A stretch of 64,000 nt of DNA from Eledone cirrhosa (Eukaryota), in NCBI GenBank assembly GCA_964016885.1, contig OZ024743.1, forward strand, positions 15,376,001 through 15,440,000, written 5' to 3'. Of this stretch, positions 27,730 through 41,185 are shown one piece after another. The notes under the pieces were generated by a model that was not told the origin of the DNA, ran no database searches, and was given only the letters and a program-made list of their open reading frames with translations. A program made the position numbers and the translations under genes. Each line of letters begins with the position of its first letter. The first letter of the stretch is position 1.

Positions 27730-29120
27730 TAATAAGAGGAATTCCAACTTTGTCTGATTTACTCGTTTTATTTACAATCCTTTAAAATTTATAATGGTAT
27801 TATAATGAAATAGTTTGATAGAATATTAAATGTTAAGTGTTAATTGAACAAGTACTTTCATGCTTTCACAATCTTCAGGTTCATAATGTGTGGTGACAGT
27901 CAAGTTTGCAATTTTCAACTGTAATGAGATGGGTAAATTTTGTACCATATATACAGTGAAAAGTCGCTCCAGAATGCTAAATCTTGCAAACCGTATTTCG
28001 ACCAATCGGTGTGTAGTTTCACTTAATTACTAAAGCTGATTGGTTTAGGCGTCGCGGTTGGTTGAGCATATCTAACGACCACTAATTGATCCTATCCAAA
28101 GCCTCAATTGTTTTGCTATTTTTAGAAATGATGAAAATAGAATTTTTTAGTAATCATCACCATCAACATTACTTTTATTATTATTATTATTATTGTTGTT
28201 GTTGTTGTTAGTGGTCGTAGTCGACATGGTCGTAGTCATAGTCATAGTAGAAGTAATACCCCTAAGCATTATTATTGTTCATTTAGCTTGGGTTTAAATT
28301 TATCAATAAAATTCTTTTCTTTGATTTTTCTCTTGATTTCACTTGGGCTGTGTAATTTGTAGAATGGGAATATTATAAATATTCCCTGATCACATGTTGC
28401 TAGATGGTTACTTAGGGGTATCTGACGGACATTTAGGTCTCTGATTTGTTGACGGTGTACCCGTGCACGTTCCGATAGTGCATTTCCAGTTTGACCGACA
28501 TATAGTTCTTCACAATTCGGGCATTTAATGCAGTAAATTAGATTTCTGCTTTTGCCGTTCATATTTGCATTTGGGAATATTTTTCCAGTTTTTGTTTTCG
28601 TATATTGACCGGCGTGTATGGATTGACATGTGCCGCATCGACTATCATTGCATTTAGATAGAGTGAATGATTGGTCTTTGTTGTTAAGGTCAAACTTTGC
28701 TTTTGTTAGTAATTGCTTCAAATTTTTCGGCTGTCTTTTACTAAGAGTCAAAGATCGATCTGTGATTAAGCCTTTTAATTCATTACTTTGAGCAATGATC
28801 GGTAGAGTTTGCAAGATTTAGCATCCTGGAGCCACTTTTCACTGTATATAAGGTACAAAATTTACCCATCTCATTACAGTTGAAAATTGCAAACTTGACT
28901 GTCACCACACATTATGAACCTGAAGATTGCGAAAGCATGAAAGTACTTGTTCAATTAACACATAACATTTAATATTCTATCATACTATTTAATTATAATA
29001 CCATTATAAATGTTAAAGGATTGTAAATAAAACGAGTAAATCAGTTGGAATTCCTCTTATTAATATAATTCATCTATACAAAATCATACATACCCGTGTA
29101 TATTTATTTATCCATATCTA
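27727..29120 (-). mobile_element. 5'-truncated Neptune-type PLE with inverted pLTRs
   Basis: ORF 28272-28814 has RQPKNLKQLL, KCNDSRCGTC and NLIYCIKCPNC..YVGQT; ~260-bp inverted repeats at 27727-27991 and 28806-29066. Confidence 0.9.
28915..28953 (+). ncRNA. Minimal type I hammerhead ribozyme (second copy 27845-27883, minus)
   Basis: tgaac-CTGAAGA-t tgc gaaa gca t-GAAA-gtac-TT-gttca. Confidence 0.85.
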
Positions 29121-29304
29121 TATATATATATATATATGCAATTTAGAAGTACATCATCGCTCTGCGTTTATTAAGGCCTATCAAGAGATCCCTCAAAGTG
29201 AAATGTTTCTTGAAGCGTTCGTAGCAAGTGAGAAATTAATACGTAATACAGAGTCCACAGAAGGGAAGTAAGCATGAGAATAAGTGAGTACCGTATTTGT
29301 TAGA

Positions 29305-29336
<32 letters not shown>

Positions 29337-29469
29337 AGTAAGTATGTTTTGAAACAGTGAGCGAGTTTGAAATTAGAAAATATATAGCTTTCACCGTATT
29401 TATGACTAAAGGAATTTTAGCTTGATAACGGGGTTTAGAACCCTCGGATAAATGGTAAAAGATGAGTAT

Positions 29470-29540
29470 TGACGTACATGGGAGTCGAACCCACATCTGT
29501 GGTTATCGCGACCACTGTGCTACCATTACACCAACACATC
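29470..29540 (-). tRNA. tRNA-like cloverleaf (pseudo-tRNA or SINE head)
   Basis: Acceptor gatgtgt/gtacgtc, D arm gtgt-aatggta-gcac, anticodon arm gtggt-cgcgata-accac and T arm gtggg-ttcgact-cccat; lacks U33. Confidence 0.65.
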
Positions 29541-29737
29541 ACCCATCTCTTTCCATTCAAATTAGAAACTACATTCTTAGCGAGTTTAAATGGCAAGTAA
29601 GTATGTTTTGAAACAGTGAGCGAGTTTTCTAATTTCAAACTCGCTCACTGTTTCAACTTTGCTAGAAAGCATGGTATCTGACGCTCTACCGATTCTGCCA
29701 ATCGTTTTATATATTCTGCAAAACCTTCCATAGATAA

Positions 29738-29855
<118 letters not shown>

Positions 29856-29862
29856 TTATCTA

Positions 29863-32068
29863 TAAAATCCAACCGTGATCAACTCCACTGAAAGTTCTCA
29901 TGAAATAGTCTTTTAAGACTATACAGAGCATTTGATGTTATTCCAAATTGAAGGATAAGTGTTTTAAACTTTATTTTATCATGAGTTAAAGGTCTATTGA
30001 TTTTTCCCTGGATTTCACTAAATTCTGTGGATGAATTTGTATCCTGATTCTCTGTCGAGATGAGTTTGAATTATTTTTCCTAAATCTTACGTTAACTACT
30101 TTTCCCATATTGACGTTATAGTCGCATATATGTTATAGAATACTATTAGCTTCTCGCTAAAACAATCTCTATACCTCTCATTTATACTTATACTCGGATT
30201 CTTTTCCTAGAGTGCTTAAACTATCTGTGACTAATCCCGGTTTTTTTTATAAAAACTGTGATAATTATTGCTATTTGCTGAACTCCTTTTGTAGAGTTTT
30301 TTTTCAGAATGTATTTGACTGCTATTTCTTGTAAATAAACATTCACTTTCATCCTAACGTCACTAGCCCCGTTTTTCCTCATGTGCTTTTTCATAATAAC
30401 ACATGATGGCGAACTAGCCAGTTTTAGAATTCCCTTTTTCGGATTATAATACTGTGAGAGCCCTGGTTTCTGTTGAGCTCTGCTGACGATTGAAATCCAA
30501 CCGTGCCCATCTCCACTGAAAGCCTTTATGAAATAGTCTTTTAAGACTATACAGAGCCTTCGATGTTATTCCAAATTGAAGGATAAGTGTTTTAAACTTT
30601 ATTTTATCATGAGTTAAATGTCTATTGATTTTTCCCTGGATTTCACTAAATTCTGTGGATGAATTTGTATCCTGATTCTCTATCGAGATGAGTTTGAATT
30701 ATGTTTCCTAAATCTTACGTTAACTACTTTTCCCATCTTGACGTTATAGTCGCATATATGTTATAGAATACTATTAGCTTCTCGCTAAAACAATCTCTAT
30801 ACCTCTCATTTATACTTATACTCGGATTCTTTTCCTAGAGTGCTTAAACTATCTGTGACTAATCCCGGTTTTTTTTATAAAAACTGTGATAATTATTGCT
30901 ATTTGTTGAACTCCTTTAGTAGAGTTTTTTTCAGAATGTATTTGACTGCTATTTCTTGTAAATAAACATTCACTTTCATCCTAACGTCACTAGCGCCGTT
31001 TTTCCTCATGTGCTTTTTCATAATAACACATGATGGCGAACTAGCCAGTTTTAGAATTCCCTTTTTCGGATTATAATACTGTGAGAGCCCTGGTTTCTGT
31101 TGAGCTCTGCTGACGATTGAAATCCAACCGTGACCATCTCCACTGAAAGTCTTCATGAAATAGTCTTTTAAGACTATACAGAGCATTTGATGTTATTCCA
31201 AATTCAAGGATAAGTGTTTTAAACTTTATTTTATCATGAGTTAAAGGTCTATTGATTTTTCCCTGGATTTCACTAAATTCTGTGGATGAATTTGTATCCT
31301 GATTCTCTATCGAGATGAGTTTGAATTATTTTTCCTAAATCTTACGTTAACTACTTTTCCCATCTTGACGTTATAGTCGCATATATGTTATAGAATACTA
31401 TTAGCTTCTCGCTAAAACAATCTCTATACCTCTCATTTATACTTATACTCGGATTCTTTTCCTAGAGTGCTTAAACTGTCTGTGACTAATCCCGGTTTTT
31501 TTTATAAAAACTGTGATAATTATTGCTATTTGCTGAACTCCTTTTGTAGAGTTTTTTTTTCAGAATGTATTTGACTGCTATTTCTTGTAAATAAACATTC
31601 ACTTTCATCCTAACGTCACTAGCCCCGTTTTTCCTCATGTGCTTTTTCATAATAACACATGATGGCGAACTAGCCAGTTTTAGAATTCCCTTTTTCGGAT
31701 TATAATACTGTGAGAGCCCTGGTTTCTGTTGAACTCTGCTGACGATTGAAATCCAACCGTGACCATCTCCACTGAAAGTTTTCATGAAATAGTCTTTTAA
31801 GACTATACAGAGCATTTGATGTTATTCCAAATTCAAGGATAAGTGTTTTAAACTTTATTTTATCATGAGTTAAAGGTCTATTGATTTTTCCCTGGATTTC
31901 ACTAAATTCTGTGGATGAATTTGTATCCTGATTCTCTTTTGAGATGAGTTTGAATTATTTTTCCTAAATCTTACGTTAACTACTTTTCCCATCTTGACGT
32001 TATAGTCGCATATATGTTATAGAATACTATTAGCTTCTCGCTAAAACAATCTCTATACCTCTCATTTA
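29863..32068 (+). repeat. Tandem array of ~628-bp unit (~3.5 copies) with hammerheads
   Basis: ccactgaaag recurs at 29885/30513/31140/31769; a diverged relative of 13529-15215; a partial copy lies at 33303-33620. Confidence 0.93.
31104..31184 (+). ncRNA. Type I hammerhead ribozyme (also 30477-30557, 31733-31813)
   Basis: gctctg-CTGACGA-ttgaaa...ttcat-GAAA-tagtctt t taagacta-TA-cagagc. Confidence 0.88.
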
Positions 32069-32671
32069 TATATATATTTATATATATGTATGTGTGTGTG
32101 TGTGTGTGAGAGAAAAAACACAGACCCGCCATCTCAACTCTACTTTTGAAAGCAGAAGAACTGCGAAACCGGTAAATGAACCAAATAAATATATATATTT
32201 TTTTTTAAATAAGACTCCAGTTGCATTTTCGATTTTATCTTTTTTTCTTTATATATATATAAATGATATTAATAAATGGAAACTATATTTATAAAAGCAT
32301 TTTTCTTCTATTATATATATTTCAAGGGTACCAAAACTTTGGTACGCTCACATGAGATCCAATACAAAGTTTGTTTTATAAATATTGACATATCCAGGAA
32401 GGGGGTCTTAATGATTCAAGTTTTTCCTGAATAGTAAAAGGAAAAAGGTTAAAGAGAGGAAAAATCCATTATTTCAAATTATTTTCTCTGATATTGCGTA
32501 CCAAAGTTTGGTAGCCTTTAAATATATATAGTAGATTAAATATGGTTTTATAAATATAGTTTCCATTTATTAATATCATTCATATTATACTCCAGAAATC
32601 TTGTCGAGTGCTTCGAATCAGTTATAAATATATAGATTTGTTGAATTACCAAGAAATTAAATATCCCTTTG

Positions 32672-32704
<33 letters not shown>

Positions 32705-32811
32705 CGTTTCTGAATTTGTTTAGCAACATTCCTTATCTGAAATCGTGTGTTGAAATTATTGGCAACATGACCCTCCCAAAGTATAACAATATATATATAT
32801 ATATATATATG

Positions 32812-33187
32812 TAATTGTTTTTACGTTAGGCACAAGGCCAGCAAATACCCAGTGTATTACAAGTACTTTATTTTATCGACCCCGTAAAAATGAAAGGCAA
32901 AGTTAACCTCCGCGGGATTTGAACTCAGAATAGCAAGGGCCGTAACTCTATGCGTCAAAGCATGGCGTCCGACTCTCTACCAATACTGCCAATCCACCGC
33001 CCTTAATAATTGTTTCTACTTTAGGCACAAGGCCAGCAAATTCACCAGTATATTACTGGTACTTTATTTTATCGACCCCGTAAGGATGAACGGCAAAGTT
33101 AACCTCGGCGGGATTTGAACTCAGACTGTAAATGGACGTAACTTTGCTAGAAAGCATGGTATCTGACGCTCTACCGATTCTGCCAAT
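32812..33187 (-). mobile_element. Two tandem tRNA-derived SINEs (octopus-like)
   Basis: A box TGGCAG(T/A)ATxGG, B box GAGTTCAAATCC and body ctttgcctttcatccttacggggtcgataaaataaagtaccag. Confidence 0.8.
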
Positions 33188-33222
33188 CCTTTTATAGATT
33201 CTGCAAAACCTTTTATAGATAA

Positions 33223-33292
<70 letters not shown>

Positions 33293-33616
33293 TTACCTAT
33301 AAAATCCAACCGTGACCATCTCCACTGAAAGTTTTCATGAAATAGTCTTTCAAGACTATACAGAGCATTTGATGTTATTCCAAATTCAAGGATAAGTGTT
33401 TTAAACTTTATTTTATCATGAGTTAAAGGTCTATTGATTTTTCCCTGGATTTCACTAAATTCTGTGGATGAATTTGTATCCTGATTCTCTTTTGAGATGA
33501 GTTTGAATTATTTTTCCTAAATCTTACGTTAACTACTTTTCCCATCTTGACGTTATAGTCGCATATATGTTATAGAATACTATTAGCTTCTCGCTAAAAC
33601 AATCTCTATACCTCTC

Positions 33617-33680
<64 letters not shown>

Positions 33681-34280
33681 CTGTGTGTGCGTGAGTAAAA
33701 ACACAGACCCGCAATCTCAACTCTACTTTTGAAAGCAGAAGAACTGCGAAACCGGTAAATGAACCAAATAAATATATATATATTTTTTTAAATAAGACTC
33801 CAGTTGCATTTTCGATTTCATCTTTTTTTCTTTATATATATATAAATGATATTAATAAATGGAAACTATATTTATAAAAGCATATTTCTTCTATTATATA
33901 TATTTCAAGGGTACCAAAACTTTGGTACGCTCACATGAGATCCAATACAAAGTTTGTTTTATAAATATTGACATATCCAGGAAGGAGGTCTTAATGATTC
34001 AAGTTTTTCCTGAATAGTAAAAGGAAAAAGGTTAAAGAGAGGAAAAATCCATTATTTCAAATTATTTTCTCTGATATTGCGTACCAAAGTTTTGGTAGCC
34101 TTTAAATATATATAGTAGATTAAATATGGTTTTATAAATATAGTTTCCATTTATTAATATCATTCATATTATACTCCAGAAATCTTGTCGAGTGCTTCGA
34201 ATCAGTTATAAATATATAGATTTGTTGAATTACCAAGAAATTAAATATCCCTTTGCTTATATATATATATATATATATAT

Positions 34281-34660
34281 AATTGTTTCTACGTTAGGCA
34301 CAAGGCCAGCAAATACCCAGTGTATTACTGGTACTTTATTTTATCGACCCCGTAAGGATGAAAGGCAAAGTTAACCTCGGCGGGATTTGAACTCAGAATA
34401 GCAAGGGCCGTAACTCTATGCGTCAAAGCATGGCGTCCGACTCTCTACCAATACTGCCAATCCACCGCCCTTAATAATTGTTTCTACTTTAGGCATAAGG
34501 CCAGCAATTACCCAGTGCATTACTGGTACTTTATTTTATCGACCCCGTAAGGATGAAAGGCAAAGTCAACCTCGGCGGGATTTGAACTCAGATCGTTAAG
34601 GGACATAACTATGCTGAAAATCATGGCGTCCGACCCTCTACCGATACTGCCAATCCACTG
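34281..34660 (-). mobile_element. Two tandem tRNA-derived SINEs
   Basis: Same A/B boxes and body as 32812-33187. Confidence 0.8.
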
Positions 34661-34743
34661 GGCTATATATATATATAATAACATTCTGTTAGCTGAAATA
34701 GTTAAGAAAATTTTAATGATCTTTGAATCTAAATACATATACA

Positions 34744-34949
<206 letters not shown>

Positions 34950-35441
34950 GATAATTTAATATATCAACTAACATAAGCGCACAGATGCACGCCCATGCCA
35001 GCAAATACACAGGTTATGTCATAGTACCTAGGTGGTTCAATGCAGGAGAATGCAGAACAATAATATAAAGGACGTAAAACAAGAAAATATTTTTTTAAAA
35101 AAAATTTAAAAAAAATTTTTTGCTTACCTAAATTTTCACTCCAACTAATCAGCCTCTGCAATGGGACAAAGACAGCCACGCAATCCAACTGTCGAGAACC
35201 CACCGCGCCACCAGGGAGTCCACTCTCAGCCAAGTCTCCAGGCAACGCGCGGACACCGGCGGCTCACATAAAAACAATAATAATTCGGCAGATCGAACAG
35301 CCCGCGAGGACTGGACTCCATGCACCGAAACTCTCACTGCCTCAAGTCAAATGGCCGACCCCAAAGAATCAATCACGTGACACAGAGGCTAGTTAGAAGG
35401 AATGGGATGGTAAGATGACTGACGCCTACTAACACCCCAAA

Positions 35442-35507
<66 letters not shown>

Positions 35508-35599
35508 CTTTGAAAACTTTGATACGTTTCGACCAGTATTGGCACAGGCCATGTCCAACTTAATAGCACCACCTGGCGAAGTCTTACAACTCAGTGTTT

Positions 35600-37008
35600 G
35601 GGCACCATGGCCCACTCGAGCAGAGAGTTATTATTTATTGAGGCATATCCGGGTGTAGGAGGCTTATCCGGGATTTATTGAAGGAATTTATCCAAAGACT
35701 TCTTGAACTTGATAAGGTATGTCTCTGCTTTTATCTCTGTCTTGGTGTAATGTTAAAGTGTGCAGGGCAAATTGAGGTGAAATAATTGTGCCGTATTGTT
35801 GTTAAGGCATGCAAGTGAGATTTTTGTCGTGGGCGGATAGCACGGGGCACAAGCCTTGGGTGTACACTAAAGGTGATGCCAACATCATTTGGGCAAAGCT
35901 GATGGAATATTTTCCACATCATACAGATAATGTAGCGCTCACGTCGACGTTGGAGAGAATAAAGTTTGAGCTTTTCTAATCGACTCCAATAGTCAAGGCC
36001 TGTCATGCCATCTATCTTTTTTTGTAATTGACCTTTGGGATGCTTCAGCATTCATAATACTTTGTTTCGTGTGGGGTGACCACAGTGGACAACAGTATTG
36101 AAGGTGGGGTCGGGCAAAAGTGGAGAAGAGAAGGATAACAGTGTGGAATTCTCTCGACTGGAAAGTTCTAAGATTCCTGGAACACATTCTGCGGGCCATA
36201 TCAACTTTGCTGTTTATATGAGTGGCCAAGCTGATGTTGTTGTCCACGATTACTTCCAGGTCTCTGATGTTATTGAATGCCACTAGAGTTTCACCCGAAG
36301 GAAGAGAGTATGGTAGTTTCAGGGCATCCTTTTTTCCAAAGTGGATTAATTAAAATGTATCCTCATTCAACAGCATATCATTCATTTCTGCCCATTGGAT
36401 AACAACCAGTATGTTTGACTGAAGGCAAGTCCGGTCACCCTCCTCATTGATGACCTTTGGAGCTTGGAATCATCTGCGAAGATTCTGATGTTGCTGTGGT
36501 GGATGATGTCAGTAATGTCATTAATGTCATTAATGTCATTAATGTAGATGATGAAAAGAAGTGGGCCCAACACAGTTCCTTGTGGGATTCCACTGTTGAC
36601 TTTGGGAGGGCTTGACTTTACTCCTTCGACTACAATATGCTGGGATCTGCCAGTCAGGAAACATTTGATCCACTGTAGTAACCTTCCAGAGACACCAACG
36701 TTGGACAGTTTTTTCAGTAGAATCTTATGATCAACCCTGTCGAAGGCCTTGCTGAAGTCAAGGTAGATGACATCAGTGTTGGAGCCAACTCCCAAGGTTC
36801 TCAAAACATTGTCAAAATGATGCAGGAACTGCGTTAGGCAGGCCCTTCCATTACGGAACCCATGTTGTTTGGAGTTCAGCAGGCCGTTGCTTTCAAGAAG
36901 TAGGGTTATTCGTGATCTCACCACCCTCTCAAAATACCTTGATAATACGAGAGGTGAGTGGGATCGGACGGTAGTTCACTGCAAGGGACTTATTTCCTTT
37001 TTTGAAGA
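35600..37008 (-). mobile_element. Degraded CR1-group LINE RT fragment
   Basis: QHGFRNGR, DVIYLDFSKAFDRVDH, SGIPQGTVLGPLLFIIYIND, FADD, RPHLQYC..WSP and LYSLQRRRER, with frameshifts. Confidence 0.9.
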
Positions 37009-37014
37009 CTATGT

Positions 37015-37078
<64 letters not shown>

Positions 37079-37096
37079 GTATATGTATATAAATAT

Positions 37097-37127
<31 letters not shown>

Positions 37128-37214
37128 ATGGAAACATTTGAACAGGAACAAAACAGAGAGGCAGTACAACGAATGTTTATTAATTTCACGCTCTGGAGAG
37201 TGGGGTGGTGGTGG

Positions 37215-37258
37215 GGAACGACGTTTCGGGCATAAGCCCTTCCTCAGGTGAGAAGTGT
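37215..37258 (-). ncRNA. Hammerhead core in a probable PLE 3' remnant (37128-37893)
   Basis: CTGAGGA-a gggc ttat gccc-GAAA-cgtcg-TT; stem I pairing is not evident. Confidence 0.5.
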
Positions 37259-37896
37259 GAGGGAACAGAGTTCAAAGGGTGTGTAGGGGAGTGGTGGAGA
37301 GACATATAGCGAAAGGAAACGGTGCGAATGAAATTAAAAATAAAAATAAAGCATGATCAAAATACAAGGAATGAAATAAAATTAAATATAAAAGCATGAT
37401 CAAAATAAACTGAAATTAAAAGGGGGGCAGGTGGTGGAAGGGTGTGGGGTATGTAGGGGTGGTGGCGGGTGGAGTGGGGAGAGGGAGACGGGGTGTCCGA
37501 GCGGGGAGGGTTGAAGGTGGTGTGTGTGTGTAGGTGTACGTGTGTGTGTGTGTGTATGTGAAAGTAAGGGTTGGGGCAAGAACGGGGTTGCATGTTCAGG
37601 AAGAGGTGTCTGTGTAGGGGGGGTTGTAGGTCAGAGTGTCTGTGCGTGTGTGGATAGAGGGGTGGGGGGAGAGGAATCAGGAGGCTGAGGGTGTAAATAT
37701 GTGGTGGAAAGCACATGTGTGTGGGGTTTAAGAGTGTTGTGGGTGTAGGTGGCGTGTGGAGAAAAACAATTTTTGGGGTGTGTGTGTGGGTGAGATATAT
37801 AGGTGATTCCGTAAGAGGATGGTTGAAAAGTTGGTAAAATCCTATGATGTTTAGTGGATTCTGTGGTGGTCAAGTTCCACATACGAGTATTCCATA

Positions 37897-37928
<32 letters not shown>

Positions 37929-38183
37929 CATATATATACATATATATATATATATACATATATATACATATATATATATATATATAGTTTTAATATAGAT
38001 GAGATTCTACAGGACTAGAACTGTTTCATTCTTTAGAAATCATCAGGAATCTGGGTATCAAAAAATAAGTATGGTATTTATAGGTCTCTACAAGTGGTAG
38101 GAGAGGGTGGGGAGTGGGATGGGTGTAGGTCATTGGTTGATAGAAAAGGGAATTCATTAAAAGCTAATTCTACAAAGCTATAG

Positions 38184-38343
38184 TTTATTTTTATTTTTAT
38201 TTTTATTTTTATTTTTATTTTTATTTTTATTTTTATTTTTATTTTTATTTTTATTTTTATTTTTATTTTTATTTTTATTTTTATTTTTATTTTTATTTTT
38301 ATTTTTATTTTTATTTTTATTTTTATTTTTATTTTTATTTTTA
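38184..38343. repeat. (TTTTTA)n hexamer repeat
   Basis: Seen directly; only about 3 units are present in the other arm (39926-39947). Confidence 0.95.
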
Positions 38344-38706
38344 GAGTAACAAAGGCAGCAAGAATTCTATAAACAGGTTCAGGATGGCAGGCCACTCCTT
38401 ATTATTAAGTTTCTCTTAAGCTAACAGGTGTCTATAAGATCAGTGGGGGTCAGTCATGGTAGATAGATTTAAAGGAAAGGGAGATTCTTTAAAAGCTAAA
38501 TTCTTTAAGGTTGTACTAAGTGACAAAGGTTTAGAGAATTCTGTAGACAAATTCAAAATATTGAGTGCATATCATACAATTATCTTCAAATTTCTCTTAA
38601 ACTATTCAACTATATGCCAACAATCAACAGACACATTCACAAACACACTCACTCACACACTCGCGCGCACCCATAAACACACACACATACACATATACAT
38701 ATATAT

Positions 38707-38785
<79 letters not shown>

Positions 38786-39100
38786 AATATATCAGTTATA
38801 AATATTTACTCGTTGTTAACCCAACAATTTAAATATAACTTTCCATATATATATATATATATGTATATATACCCACAAATACATACACACATATATATAT
38901 ACACACACATACATATATATATATACACACACACACACATATACACATATATACATATATACACACATACACACACATATATATACACACATACACCATA
39001 CATACATATATATATATATATATAAATATGTGTGTGTGTATGTGTGTACGTATATGTGTGTGTATATTTGTGTGTATATATATATATATGTATGTGTGTG

Positions 39101-39191
<91 letters not shown>

Positions 39192-39232
39192 GTATATATA
39201 TATATTTATATGTATATATGTGTGTGTGTGTG

Positions 39233-39277
<45 letters not shown>

Positions 39278-39296
39278 GTGTGTATGTATGTGTGTG

Positions 39297-39347
<51 letters not shown>

Positions 39348-39349
<2 letters not shown>

Positions 39350-39536
39350 CGAAGGAAATGTGGTAACGAACCAGGTGGACCGTAACGCACCAATGTACTC
39401 AATACTTAGGGTAGTAGAGTGGGTAATAGGAACAAGTAAGACCCTGACGGCTGAGCTCAAGCCGTTTCGACGGCTAATTCTGAACTGAATTAGCCGTCGA
39501 AACGGCTTGAGCTCAGCCGTCGGGGTCTTACTTGTT

Positions 39537-39539
<3 letters not shown>
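39348..39539. mobile_element. Fold-back element copy 2
   Basis: Homologous to 23748-23940; nested in the TA spacer of the 37987-40214 pair. Confidence 0.9.
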
Positions 39540-39577
<38 letters not shown>

Positions 39578-40078
39578 GTGTATGTGTGTGTGTTTATGTG
39601 TGTGCGCGAGTGTGTGAGTGAGTGTGTTTGTGAATGTGTCTGTTGATTGTTGGCATATAGTTGAATAGTTTAAGAGAAGTTTGAAGATAATTGTATGATA
39701 TGCACTCAATATTTTGAATTTGTCTACAGAATTCTCTAAATCTTTGTCACTTAGTAAACCTTAAAGAATTTAGCTTGTAAATAATCTCCCTTTCCTTTAA
39801 ATCTATCTACCTTGACTGACCCCCACTGATCTTATAGACACCTGTTAGCTTAAGAGAAACTTAATAATAAGGAGTGGCACCCCATCCTGAACCTGTTTAT
39901 AGAATTCTTTCTGCCTTTGTTACTCTAAAAATAAAAATAAAAATAAACTATAGCTTTGTAGAATTAGCTTTTAATGAATTCCCTTTTCTATCAACCAATG
40001 ACGTATACCCATCCCACTCCTCACCCTCTCCTACCACTTGTAGAGACCTATAAATACCATACTTATTTTTTGATACCC

Positions 40079-40129
40079 AGATTCCTGATGATTTCTAAAG
40101 AATGAAACAGTTCTAGTCCTGTAGAATCT
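40079..40129 (+). ncRNA. Type I hammerhead ribozyme
   Basis: agattc-CTGATGA-t ttc taaa gaa t-GAAA-cag ttctagtc ctg-TA-gaatct. Confidence 0.85.
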
Positions 40130-40254
40130 CATCTATATTAAAACTTTTATACTCTGCAATGAATTGAGTACCTTACTTACTGTGCTTACCTCCGATTCAA
40201 CCCTGAATAACGTGTATATATATATATATATATGTATTTTTATCTATATATATA

Positions 40255-40427
<173 letters not shown>

Positions 40428-40437
40428 GTATATATAA

Positions 40438-40551
<114 letters not shown>

Positions 40552-40552
40552 G

Positions 40553-40647
<95 letters not shown>

Positions 40648-41059
40648 CACGATGTACCATTATTAATAATTATTAATTAATTATATCGTGCAATGCCTGT
40701 GCATGAATATATTAATTAAAATGAGGAAAGACTGTGCACTTAGCCAATCCCACTCTATAAGCGACAGTAGCTATAACCCGAAAAGAAGAAAATATCAACA
40801 TCATCGGTAACTACTGAGCCGCACGTTTTATATCGGAGTTATCCTAGTTTCCTGAGTTGCCTTCTCCTAGAAGAATGCCCTGACAAAGGCAAGGCGTCAT
40901 TGACTCCCAGTGGTTTAATCGCGCGGTCGGGTGTCAAGCCAGACTATTTCTATGTCCCCGCGCATATACATACACATGCATCCATGCATATACACATATA
41001 CATATACATACATATGTACATGTCTATATACATGTATATACATGTATACGCATGTGTAT

Positions 41060-41156
<97 letters not shown>

Positions 41157-41185
41157 TATATGTATATATATATATATGTATATAT

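Larger units (their letters stand above)
37987..40214. mobile_element. Head-to-head inverted pair (~600-700-bp arms) of an HHR-bearing element with ~70-nt tail
   Basis: 37987-38695 is the reverse complement of ~39572-40144; HHR at 38002-38052(-) and 40079-40129(+). Confidence 0.9.

Noticed and set aside
29470-29540. Functional tRNA-Ser(CGA)
   Set aside because: It has G at position 33, a short variable arm and many G-U pairs in the acceptor stem.
40840-40910. RTE 5'UTR-like motif (ctaggagaaggcaactc, minus) as an HDV-like ribozyme
   Set aside because: I could not build the nested double pseudoknot by eye.
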